A stretch of DNA of 34,057 nt from Omnitrophica WOR_2 bacterium GWA2_47_8 (GTDB lineage: Bacteria; Omnitrophota; Gorgyraeia; Zapsychrales; GWA2-47-8): contig MHFY01000022.1 of NCBI GenBank assembly GCA_001805375.1, positions 7,240 to 41,296 on the forward strand, given 5' to 3'. Shown here one piece after another: positions 1-8,000 of this stretch. Each line of letters opens with the position of its first letter. The stretch's first letter is position 1. Both the position numbers and the translations under genes were made by a program. The notes under the pieces are model-generated. The model saw nothing but the letters and a program-made list of their open reading frames with translations. It did no database searches and was not told the DNA's origin.

Positions 1-270
1 AAGCCGGATGTCATTCTTTTGGATGTTTTGATCAACAATAAACCGTCGTATCCCATCATTATTCAACTGAAGAAAACACCCGCGTTCAAAAATGTACCCA
101 TTGTGATCTATAGTAATTTAGATAAGGCCAATTTAAAGGATGTGTCCATCTCCCAAAGGGCCGTGGAGATCAAGGCCGCTCAAAAGGCCTGCCTGGAAGC
201 CGGCGCGACGGAATCCGTGGGTGGTTTTGAAGAGACCGCGTTCTTAAAGACGATCGAAAAATATTTTTAG
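1..270 (+). CDS. Response-regulator receiver-like protein, C-terminal part (5' end lies outside the window)
   Basis: Frame 1 is open from nt 1 (KPDVILLDVL...), with the stop at 268-270. Receiver beta3 'DVILLD' and beta4 'PIVIYS' are recognisable. The usual beta5 K-P position reads 'VGGF'. Confidence 0.6.
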   Translation, partial: KPDVILLDVLINNKPSYPIIIQLKKTPAFKNVPIVIYSNLDKANLKDVSISQRAVEIKAAQKACLEAGATESVGGFEETAFLKTIEKYF

Positions 271-304
271 ATCTTTATTATTGCTTGAGCAGTGATTTTT
301 GAAG

Positions 305-2527
305 ATGAATTTGGAAAAGATCTTATCTTTTGTCTTTTTTCTCTCCGGATTTTCCGCCCTTATCTATCAGGTCGTCTGGCAGCGGCTTTTGACGCTGTAT
401 TACGGCGTGGGAGCCGTCTCGATCACCCTTATCGTCAGCGTTTATCTGGCCGGATTAGGGATCGGGTCTTTGCTGGGCGGTCATCTTATCGAACGGGTTA
501 AAAGAAAGGTCAACTTTTATTTCCTCCTCGAATTCCTGATCGGCTGTTTCGGGATCGTGAGCATCCATTTCCTTAAGTATGTGGGAGAAAGAACGGCCGG
601 TGCGGATTATAGGCTTGCCTTTCTTTTTATGTCCTTGTTTTTACTCCTTCCGACGACGTTGATGGGAATGACCCTGCCGGCCTTAACCAAGATATTCAAC
701 GGTATTATCCATGACTTCAAAAAAACGGTAAGCTTTCTTTATTTTATCAACACCCTGGGGGCGGCTTTAGGCGCGATCATCAGCAGTTATGTATTGATCA
801 CCTTCGGAGGGTTTGATACCGCGGTCTATACGGCCGCGGGGATCAATTTTATCTTGGCGGCTTTGATCTTTGGCTGCCGGGGCAGGGAACCATCGCTGAG
901 TTATAAGAAAGAACCGGCGGCGGTCAAGGGAAAGCCGTTCGTTAGGCTGGCGTTTGTTCTGATTTTTGTAACGGGATTTTTTGCCATCGGATTTGAGATG
1001 ATATGGTTTCGGGTCATAGGCGTCCTGGTGAAAGAATCGCCGTACGCGTTCTCAAGTATTTTGGCGGTTTATTTGCTCGGGATAGCCTTGGGAAGCCGTT
1101 GGGTCAACCGTTATTTAGACCGGCACCCGTCGGTTGACCAAAAGAATTTATTGTTTTCTCTGCAAGGGCTGCTGGGCTGTTCGATCCTTGTGATTTTCTT
1201 GGGATACTATTATCTGACCTCCAAGACATCCTTTTATTATTTTACGGATGTCTCGATGGCCTTTTATCTTCACCCTTTTGTCAAGATATTGAATGCCGAG
1301 ATGTTTTCTTCCCTAAATAATTTTTTAAACGGGGTTTTTGCCGTCTTCGATGTGTTCTGGTGGCCGCTCTTTTTTCTGTTCCTGCCGACCTTTTTAATGG
1401 GGGCGAGCTTTCCGTTGTTATCAAGCCTGGCCTTAAGCGGCGACAAGGAAGGGAAAGTTATCGGAAGAGTTTATGCCGCTAATATCTTAGGCTGTGTGCT
1501 GGGCGGAGTGGTTACGGGTTTTTTTATTTTGCCGATGGTAGGAAGCGAGAGGGCCATCTTGGCCTACGCCAGCTTGATATTGCTGATGGGTGTTGGTATC
1601 GCAAGAATCGGAAAGATAAAAATTGATCTGATCTCTCGGGTTTTATTTGTTGGCGCGCTGATTGCAGGGAGTGTGCTTTTGTTCCCGGGCAAGGGCGAAC
1701 TTTATAAACTCATGCACAAACCGTATGCAGAAAAGGAAATGTATATCGATGAGGGGGTCAACGGGGTGGTCGCCACCATAAAAAACGATTACCAGATCGT
1801 CACATATTTAAACGGCATGAGCCATGGAGGGTATCCCGGATACAGGTTTTATGCGATCGCTTTAGACGGCTTGAGCCAATTAAGAGCGGCAAAAGATGTT
1901 TTAATTATCGGCTATGGGACCGGTTCAACAACTGAGACGGTCTTAAGTGACCGCACAGTAAAAAGTGTTGCCTTGGTCGAGATCAACCGGACCCTTATCA
2001 AGAGTTTAAGCCGGTTTGAGGTCTTTAAAAATATGCTGACGGACCCGCGGGTTGATCTGATCATCGATGACGGCAGGCGTTACCTTTTAAGAACAGATAA
2101 GAAGTTTGACCTGGTCCTGATCGACCCCTTGCGGACAACGTCCAGTTATAGCAATAACCTTTACTCCAAGGAGTTCTTTGAACTGGTTCGAAGCCATTTA
2201 AACCCGGAAGGGGTCTTTGTGGTCTGGATGGATGAGTTTAATATCCTGCCGTTGACCTTGTCGGAGGTTTTCCCCTATGTTGAATTCAGGGCCTGGAATT
2301 TTTCCGCTTATTGCATGGCTTCCGATCAGGCTATGGTTAGAAAGGACAAAAGATTTTTAAATATTTTGTATACTTTGCCGGAAGGGACACAAAAAGAGGT
2401 CAAGGTTTCTTTGCCGAATAGGAAAGCGGACCAAAAAGAGTTTCTGAAGATAAGAGATTTTTATCCGATCAATACGGATTTTAAACCTTCTGCCGAATAT
2501 TTCTTAAATTATATAATTTATCAGTAA
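305..2527 (+). CDS. Polytopic membrane protein fused to a spermidine-synthase-like (class I SAM-fold) C-terminal domain
   Basis: The track ORF is 299..2527 and the first ATG is at 305. The N-terminal ~460 aa are consecutive hydrophobic helices. The C-terminal domain carries 'VLIIGYGTGSTT', 'VEIN', 'DDGRRYL' and 'DLVLIDP' in the order seen in the SpeE fold. Confidence 0.7.
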   Translation: MNLEKILSFVFFLSGFSALIYQVVWQRLLTLYYGVGAVSITLIVSVYLAGLGIGSLLGGHLIERVKRKVNFYFLLEFLIGCFGIVSIHFLKYVGERTAGADYRLAFLFMSLFLLLPTTLMGMTLPALTKIFNGIIHDFKKTVSFLYFINTLGAALGAIISSYVLITFGGFDTAVYTAAGINFILAALIFGCRGREPSLSYKKEPAAVKGKPFVRLAFVLIFVTGFFAIGFEMIWFRVIGVLVKESPYAFSSILAVYLLGIALGSRWVNRYLDRHPSVDQKNLLFSLQGLLGCSILVIFLGYYYLTSKTSFYYFTDVSMAFYLHPFVKILNAEMFSSLNNFLNGVFAVFDVFWWPLFFLFLPTFLMGASFPLLSSLALSGDKEGKVIGRVYAANILGCVLGGVVTGFFILPMVGSERAILAYASLILLMGVGIARIGKIKIDLISRVLFVGALIAGSVLLFPGKGELYKLMHKPYAEKEMYIDEGVNGVVATIKNDYQIVTYLNGMSHGGYPGYRFYAIALDGLSQLRAAKDVLIIGYGTGSTTETVLSDRTVKSVALVEINRTLIKSLSRFEVFKNMLTDPRVDLIIDDGRRYLLRTDKKFDLVLIDPLRTTSSYSNNLYSKEFFELVRSHLNPEGVFVVWMDEFNILPLTLSEVFPYVEFRAWNFSAYCMASDQAMVRKDKRFLNILYTLPEGTQKEVKVSLPNRKADQKEFLKIRDFYPINTDFKPSAEYFLNYIIYQ

Positions 2528-2562
2528 CGATAATGAGTTGGATTCTATATAATAGGTGACAT

Positions 2563-2727
2563 GTACTTATTTTCCCTGAATATTATCAGAGGTAATAACC
2601 CCAACTTCCTTGAAATTATTCAGAAGAAGTTGGGACGTCCTTGCTTTCCCTAAATTTTAGAGGAAGCAAGGGGTACTTATCCCAATTTCATCTAAATAAT
2701 AATTGGGTTAATTAAAGGAAAATTGGG
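2563..2727 (+). promoter_or_regulatory. Structured leader with four consecutive CCC...GGG hairpin modules directly upstream of the ABC-2 exporter start codon
   Basis: Hairpins are at 2574-2592 (ccctga/tcagagg), 2600-2634 (cccaacttc/gaagttggg), 2639-2671 (ccttgctttccctaa/ttagaggaagcaagg) and 2681-2707 (cccaatt/aattggg). 'gtacttat' occurs at 2563 and 2673. 'aattggg' is repeated at 2721-2727, abutting the ATG. Confidence 0.35.
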
Positions 2728-3645
2728 ATGCGAGCGATCACAATATCCAATTTAACCAAAGTTTATAAGAACGGCGTGCGCGCGCTTAATAACGTGAGCC
2801 TCGAGGTCGAGCAGGGAGATTTTTTTGCGCTGCTGGGGGCTAACGGGGCCGGGAAAACGACCCTGATCGGGATCTTGACCAGCATTGTCAATAAAACAGC
2901 CGGGAAAGTTCGGGTCTTTAATTATGATCTGGATACCCACGAGACCGAGGCCAAAAAGACCATCGGCGTTGTTCCGCAGGAGTTTAATTTTAATATGTTT
3001 GAAAGGGTCCTGGATATCATCACCACCCAAGCGGGATATTTTGGGATCGAACGAAGGGCGGTCCTGCCTTACGCCCAGGAATTGTTGACCAGGTTAGGGC
3101 TTTGGGAAAAAAGAAATTCTCCCGCGCGCACGCTTTCCGGAGGGATGAAGCGAAGGCTGATGATCGCCCGGGCTTTGATCCATCAGCCGAAACTATTGAT
3201 CCTGGATGAGCCTACGGCCGGTGTGGATGTGGAGCTGCGTTATGAGATGTGGGAATATTTGCGCAGTTTAAACAAGAACGGCGTCACGATCCTTTTGACC
3301 ACGCATTACCTGGAAGAGGTGGAACAGATGTGCCGTCACGCCGCTATTATCAAAAAAGGCGAGATCGTCATCAACGACAGGGTGAAGCATTTGATGCAGC
3401 AGGTGGAGAAGGAAATATACACCGTGGCCGTTAAAGAATTAAAACCGTTGAATATGATCAATGATTTTAAGATCACCACCATCGATGACCACACGTTGGA
3501 AGTTGAAGTCAATCGAACCCAGACCTTAAACGCCTTTATCGCCCAGCTTTCGCAATTAGGGATCATTGTCACCGATATCAGGCCGCAAGGGTTCCGATTA
3601 GAAAAAATATTTTTGAATTTATTAAAGAGCGATAGGAAGGCTTGA
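2728..3645 (+). CDS. yadG: ABC transporter ATP-binding protein (ABC-2 exporter type, YadG-like)
   Basis: Walker A 'GANGAGKTT', signature 'LSGGMKRRL' and Walker B 'LLILDEPTAGVD' are present. At 305 aa it has the C-terminal extension typical of YadG/NatA-type ATPases. SD 'aaagga' lies upstream. Confidence 0.9.
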   Translation: MRAITISNLTKVYKNGVRALNNVSLEVEQGDFFALLGANGAGKTTLIGILTSIVNKTAGKVRVFNYDLDTHETEAKKTIGVVPQEFNFNMFERVLDIITTQAGYFGIERRAVLPYAQELLTRLGLWEKRNSPARTLSGGMKRRLMIARALIHQPKLLILDEPTAGVDVELRYEMWEYLRSLNKNGVTILLTTHYLEEVEQMCRHAAIIKKGEIVINDRVKHLMQQVEKEIYTVAVKELKPLNMINDFKITTIDDHTLEVEVNRTQTLNAFIAQLSQLGIIVTDIRPQGFRLEKIFLNLLKSDRKA

Positions 3646-4418
3646 TGCTTACCATGCTGAATTACGTCGCTTTAAAAACGATCGTTCGTAAAGAAGTCAT
3701 CCGGTTCATGCGGATCTGGCCGCAGACCTTGCTGCCGCCGATCATCACCCAGGGGCTTTATTTTGCGATCTTTGGGAAATTTATCGGTTCGCAGATCGGC
3801 CAGGTCCACGGGGTCAGTTATATGGCCTTTATCATCCCCGGGTTAGTGATGATGGCGGTGATCAACAATTCGTACGCCAATGTCGTGAGTTCTTTCTTTG
3901 GGTCCAAATTTCAGCGTAACGTTGAGGAGGTCATGGTTTCCCCGACTTCGAACTGGGTCATTATGGCCGGTTACTCCATCGGCGGGATCCTGCGCGGCCT
4001 GTTGGTGGGGCTGCTGGTCTTTATCATTTCCACCCTTTTTGAACACCCGGTCATTTTTAATTTCGGGATCATCCTTTTGTTCATCCTTTTGACGTCGCTG
4101 GTCTGTTCCTTGGGCGGGCTGCTGAACGGGATCTTAGCCACTAAATTCGACGATGTTTCGATCTTTCCGACTTTTATCTTAACGCCGATGACGTATTTAG
4201 GCGGAGTCTTTTATTCGATCCACAGCTTGCCGGAGGCCTGGCAGAAAATTTCGATGTATAACCCCATCCTCTATATGGTCAACGGCTTTCGATACGGTTT
4301 TTATGGGTTTACGGATGTGAGCCTGGCTTTGAGTATCTTTCTTTTATGCCTTTTAAACGTTGTTTTAGCGGTGCTTACATTGGTGATGCTGAAAAAAGGC
4401 ATCGGTCTTAAAAGCTAA
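3645..4418 (+). CDS. yadH: ABC-2 type transporter permease (YadH-like)
   Basis: The ATG at 3645 overlaps the upstream TGA (TGATG) and follows SD 'aggaagg'. There are six hydrophobic segments. 'RFMRIWPQTLLPP', 'FFGSKFQRNVEE' and 'TPMTYLGGVFYS' closely resemble E. coli YadH as I recall it. Confidence 0.85.
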   Translation: MLTMLNYVALKTIVRKEVIRFMRIWPQTLLPPIITQGLYFAIFGKFIGSQIGQVHGVSYMAFIIPGLVMMAVINNSYANVVSSFFGSKFQRNVEEVMVSPTSNWVIMAGYSIGGILRGLLVGLLVFIISTLFEHPVIFNFGIILLFILLTSLVCSLGGLLNGILATKFDDVSIFPTFILTPMTYLGGVFYSIHSLPEAWQKISMYNPILYMVNGFRYGFYGFTDVSLALSIFLLCLLNVVLAVLTLVMLKKGIGLKS

Positions 4419-4480
4419 AATCCAAGAACGCAAGCTTTTGTCTTGTTTTTGAAGGTTTTCCTGGGTAAAATAAAAACGCT

Positions 4481-4873
4481 ATGAACCCGCCGTACACGGC
4501 TAAAAAGATCCTTATCATTGACGATGATCTGACGACCATTAAATTGGTCGAGTCGCGGCTTTCGGCTAACGGCTACCTGGTCATCGCTTTAAGCGAGGCA
4601 GCGCTTGGATTGGAAGCCGCCTTCAAACAAAAACCGGATCTGATCGTCTTGGACGTGATGATGCCTATCGTCAACGGTTTTAATTTTTGTCGTCTGCTCA
4701 AAAGCCAGGAAGAGCACCGGCACATCCCGGTCATCCTGCTGACGTCCCGTTCCGAGGACAAGGACCGGAAGATAGGCCAAGAAGTAGGGGCCAATGCCTA
4801 TTTGACCAAACCGGTCAACGCCGACGAACTTTTGAACACAATCAAAGAACTTTTAATGAACAGCCGGTCGTGA
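4481..4873 (+). CDS. Stand-alone response regulator receiver (CheY-like)
   Basis: The 130-aa protein has 'ILIIDDD', 'DLIVLDVMMP', 'VILLTSR' and 'AYLTKP', so all canonical receiver positions are present. There is no output domain. Confidence 0.85.
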   Translation: MNPPYTAKKILIIDDDLTTIKLVESRLSANGYLVIALSEAALGLEAAFKQKPDLIVLDVMMPIVNGFNFCRLLKSQEEHRHIPVILLTSRSEDKDRKIGQEVGANAYLTKPVNADELLNTIKELLMNSRS

Positions 4874-4884
4874 AAAAATAATCC

Positions 4885-5691
4885 ATGGAGAAAATCATTT
4901 CTTATTTCGAAAGTGTCGGACGAACGGTTAAAAATTGGATCATTATCTTCGTTGAATTCTCCCAGCTGGTGGCCCAGACCATTTACTGGATCTTCTGGGG
5001 GCCCTCCCGCAGCAAGCCTGTCAAATCAAAATCTGTCTTCGAGCAAATGGTCTTTATGGGGGCCAAATCCATCATCATAGTTTTTTTCGTGACCTTTTTT
5101 ACCGGGGTGGTCTTGGCCATGCAGTCCGCCTATCAATTGGAGAAAATGGGCGCGGTCATGTATGTGGCGAGTTTGGTGAGCATTTCCGTCTGCCGTGAAT
5201 TAGGGCCGGTCTTAACCGCGCTGGTCTTGGCGGGGCGCATCGGTGCGGCGATCACCGCCGAGATAGGCTCCATGAATGTTAACGAACAATTGGAGGCCCT
5301 GGATGCGATGGCCATTAACCCTATCCGGTTCTTGATCGTGCCTAAATTTTTGGCCTTATTTTTTATGCTGCCCTGTTTGACGGTCATCGGCGATATTTCG
5401 GGGATCTTCGGCGGGTATCTGATCGGGGTTTATAATTTAAAGATCAATTCCGGGCTTTTCATCCAAACGGCCTTTAAATTTTTGACCCTTAAAGACATCT
5501 ATACGGGTTTAACAAAGGCCTTTATTTTCGCCATGATCATTTCTATGGTGGGAAGTTATCAGGGCCTTAAAACTTCCGGCGGGGCCGTGGGTGTGGGGCA
5601 GGCGACCACCATCAGCGTGGTGACGAGTTTCATTTTAATTATCCTGGCGGATTGTATCATGACCGGGATCTTTTATTTTTCGAACCTATGA
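4885..5691 (+). CDS. mlaE: MlaE-family ABC permease (phospholipid/lipid transport)
   Basis: Conserved core 'ELGPVLTALVLAGRIGAAITAEIGSMNVNEQLEALDAM' is present. It has multiple TM helices and is followed by MlaF and MlaD homologues. Confidence 0.85.
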   Translation: MEKIISYFESVGRTVKNWIIIFVEFSQLVAQTIYWIFWGPSRSKPVKSKSVFEQMVFMGAKSIIIVFFVTFFTGVVLAMQSAYQLEKMGAVMYVASLVSISVCRELGPVLTALVLAGRIGAAITAEIGSMNVNEQLEALDAMAINPIRFLIVPKFLALFFMLPCLTVIGDISGIFGGYLIGVYNLKINSGLFIQTAFKFLTLKDIYTGLTKAFIFAMIISMVGSYQGLKTSGGAVGVGQATTISVVTSFILIILADCIMTGIFYFSNL

Positions 5692-6458
5692 GCGAGCGAA
5701 AAGTCATTTTGGCGGTCCAGAACATCACGAAGTCTTTCGGCGGCCGTAAGGTCTTGGATGGCATTTCAGTGGAAATTTATCAGGGGGAGATTTTTGTTAT
5801 CATGGGAGGGTCAGGCTGCGGAAAAAGCACATTGTTAAGGCATATGATCGGCTCCATTAAGCCGGATTCGGGCCGGGTGTTATTCGACGGGAAGGATCTT
5901 TCGAAATTAAGTGAGGCCGAAGAGGAGAAAATGAAACGCCGTTTCGGGATGTCGTTTCAATCCTCGGCGCTTTTGGATTATATGAACGTTGAAGAAAATG
6001 TGAGCCTGCCGTTAAGCGAGCATACGAGTTTGGACCCCAAGGTTATCAGTATCATTGTTAAAATGAAATTGGGGCTGGTTGGATTACAGGGGTTTGATCA
6101 TCTGATGCCGAGTATGCTCTCCGGCGGGATGAGGAAACGGGTAGGGCTCGCCCGCGCCATTGCCATGGACCCCGAGGTGGTTTTTTATGATGAGCCGACG
6201 GCTGGTTTGGACCCGGTTGTCTGCGCGGTAGTCGATAAACTTATTGTGGACCTGAGCAAAAAACTCCTTTTGACCTCGGTCGTGGTCACGCATAACATGG
6301 AAAGCGTGTTCCGTATCGCGGACCGGGTGGCGATGTTGCATAAAGGCAAGGTTTTGGAAATAGGAACACCGGAGCAGATCAAGAATTCTAAGAATCCGAT
6401 CGTTCAGCAGTTTATTAAGGGCGAGATCGAAGGCCCGATTAATGTGATCGAGGAATAA
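5688..6458 (+). CDS. mlaF: MlaF-family ABC ATP-binding protein
   Basis: The ATG at 5688 forms an ATGA overlap with the mlaE stop; the track's longer 5652 start lies inside mlaE. Motifs are 'GGSGCGKST', 'LSGGMRKRVGLARA' and 'VVFYDEPTAGLDP'. Confidence 0.85.
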   Translation: MSERKVILAVQNITKSFGGRKVLDGISVEIYQGEIFVIMGGSGCGKSTLLRHMIGSIKPDSGRVLFDGKDLSKLSEAEEEKMKRRFGMSFQSSALLDYMNVEENVSLPLSEHTSLDPKVISIIVKMKLGLVGLQGFDHLMPSMLSGGMRKRVGLARAIAMDPEVVFYDEPTAGLDPVVCAVVDKLIVDLSKKLLLTSVVVTHNMESVFRIADRVAMLHKGKVLEIGTPEQIKNSKNPIVQQFIKGEIEGPINVIEE

Positions 6459-6486
6459 ATGAGACCCAAACTTATGAGGAGCAAAA

Positions 6487-7209
6487 ATGAAATTAACTAA
6501 TGAAGCAAAGATCGGGATCATGGTGGTCGGTGTTTTGGTGGCGTTATTTATTATTACCATCAAGGCCAGCGATTTTAGTTTTCGGGAAAAAGGTTATGAA
6601 CTGATCGTGCATTTTAAGAACATTGACGGGGTGGATAAGAACGCGCCGGTCAGGCTCAATGGCTTTGAGGTAGGGACCGTTAAGGATATAAAGATCCTCT
6701 ATGGTGATGATCCTAAGATGGAATTGACCCTCTTGATCAACGAGGGGGTTAAGATCTATCAGGGGACCGAGGCCTATGTGAAGAATTTAGGGTTATTCGG
6801 CGAGAAGTATATCGGATTGACGCTGGGGGACGCGGGCAAGGAGTATGTAAGCCCGGGTTCCGTTGTGATAGGTGACGAAGCGGCGAATTTAGATAAGATC
6901 ATGGCGGATGGCGAGGTGATCGCGACCAATTTAAAAGAGATCTCCGCTGAAGTCAAAGAACGGCTTAAGGTCAATAGCGAGAACATTGACAGCATCTTGG
7001 CCAATTTAAAAGTCACCTCGGAGCATATGTCATCATTAACTACAAATTTGGATGAAAGGCTTCAGGTTAATAAAGGCCACATTGATAGTATCATGGCGAA
7101 TATGAACTCTGCGGTGGAGAATTTTGACGAGATGAGTTATGACCTGAAGTTAAATCCCTGGAAGCTGATGTACAAGGAACGAGAGAGAAGGAAGGAAGAG
7201 ACCAAATAG
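6487..7209 (+). CDS. mlaD: MlaD/MCE-domain substrate-binding protein
   Basis: It has an N-terminal TM anchor and an MCE core 'VRLNGFEVGTVKDI'. SD 'gaggag' lies upstream. The C-terminal region contains a 32-aa tandem repeat. Confidence 0.8.
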   Translation: MKLTNEAKIGIMVVGVLVALFIITIKASDFSFREKGYELIVHFKNIDGVDKNAPVRLNGFEVGTVKDIKILYGDDPKMELTLLINEGVKIYQGTEAYVKNLGLFGEKYIGLTLGDAGKEYVSPGSVVIGDEAANLDKIMADGEVIATNLKEISAEVKERLKVNSENIDSILANLKVTSEHMSSLTTNLDERLQVNKGHIDSIMANMNSAVENFDEMSYDLKLNPWKLMYKERERRKEETK

Positions 7210-7593
7210 ATGGTTAAGAGAAATTTAATGGTCGTGATGCTTGCGCTATTTTTGAGCGGATGTTCCTATATCCCGTTCTTTTCAAAGGGGAAAGAAGAGG
7301 CGTCCGCTTCGTCCGCACCATCGGTGTATGCCAACAAGGTGGTTTTAAATAAGCGCGATGCCTTAAAAGCGGCGCAGGACTTTATGGTAAAAGAAGGCTT
7401 GGACCAAGAATTTGTAAGCAGAAAGGTCACGAAAATCAAGAAACTCGCCACCCAAGAGAAGAGCCCGCGTTGGGTTTGGGAGGTATATTTTGAAAGTAAA
7501 GAGGACGCAAATTTAAAGTTTTGGAAAACTTCTCCCTTGATGGTGCAGGTCGATGCCGAGACCGGCCAGGTCTTAAATTGGGGTCGAAGGTGA
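7210..7593 (+). CDS. Lipoprotein, PepSY-like small domain
   Basis: The start abuts the mlaD stop. The signal peptide carries lipobox 'LFLSGCS'. The C-terminal 'ALKAAQDFM...WVWEVYF...VQVDAETGQVLNWG' resembles the PepSY pattern. Confidence 0.55.
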   Translation: MVKRNLMVVMLALFLSGCSYIPFFSKGKEEASASSAPSVYANKVVLNKRDALKAAQDFMVKEGLDQEFVSRKVTKIKKLATQEKSPRWVWEVYFESKEDANLKFWKTSPLMVQVDAETGQVLNWGRR

Positions 7594-7776
7594 TTTTTGT
7601 GTTGATTTGCAAGTAAAGTTTTCCAAAAAATATGTCTAAAAAATTGAACCTTTTCCGTTTTTCTCCTTCCATTTATCCATAATTCATTCATATGCATATA
7701 GTTACAGTAATTTAAGCTTAATTTGTTTACTTCAAATATAAAAAAAGAAACGCTTTCTTGGCGGCTCTTGTAACTA

Positions 7777-7804
7777 CTTGTGTCCCAATGCCATAGTGCT
7801 ATAA
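7777..7804 (+). promoter_or_regulatory. Sigma70-type promoter with extended -10
   Basis: -35 TTGTGT (7777-7782), 16-nt spacer, TGc extended element and -10 TATAAT (7799-7804). Confidence 0.45.
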
Positions 7805-7871
7805 TTTGAGTAACAAGGCGGTTGTACAGCTGTAGATCGGGTTGTGCCGCTCCACATCAGTTGGCAATATG

Positions 7872-7920
7872 TCCAGACATCGAGCTTATGCGGCTTTTAG
7901 GGTCTGGATTTATTTTTTTA
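7872..7920 (+). terminator. Intrinsic terminator/attenuator-like hairpin inside the 5' leader of the 8001 gene
   Basis: The stem is tccagac (7872-7878) with gtctgga (7902-7908). An inner 4-bp helix (7882-7885/7893-7896) is also possible. It is followed by tttattttttt (7909-7919). Confidence 0.4.
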
Positions 7921-8000
7921 AGCAGAAGATTGTCGTCACTTGTATCCAGCTATTTCCCCAGAGTTGGATGCAAAATGGCTGAAGAAAGGAGGGGAGAACA

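Noticed and set aside
4419-4455. Possible terminator after yadH (caaga...tcttg followed by ttttt)
   Set aside because: The stem is only 5 bp with a 13-nt loop, which is too weak to call.
6084-6563. 159-aa minus-strand ORF spanning the mlaF/mlaD junction
   Set aside because: It is antisense to two strongly supported genes and has no motifs. It is a shadow frame.
7266-7697. 143-aa and 78-aa minus-strand ORFs reaching into the 7594-7776 AT-rich spacer
   Set aside because: Most of their length is antisense to the lipoprotein gene. They have no SD and no recognisable domain. The spacer is better explained as promoter/UP-element DNA.
7745-7760. Small hairpin agaaa-cgc-tttct preceded by an A-run (would be a minus-strand terminator)
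   Set aside because: The stem is only 5 AT-rich base pairs, and no minus-strand gene ends nearby.
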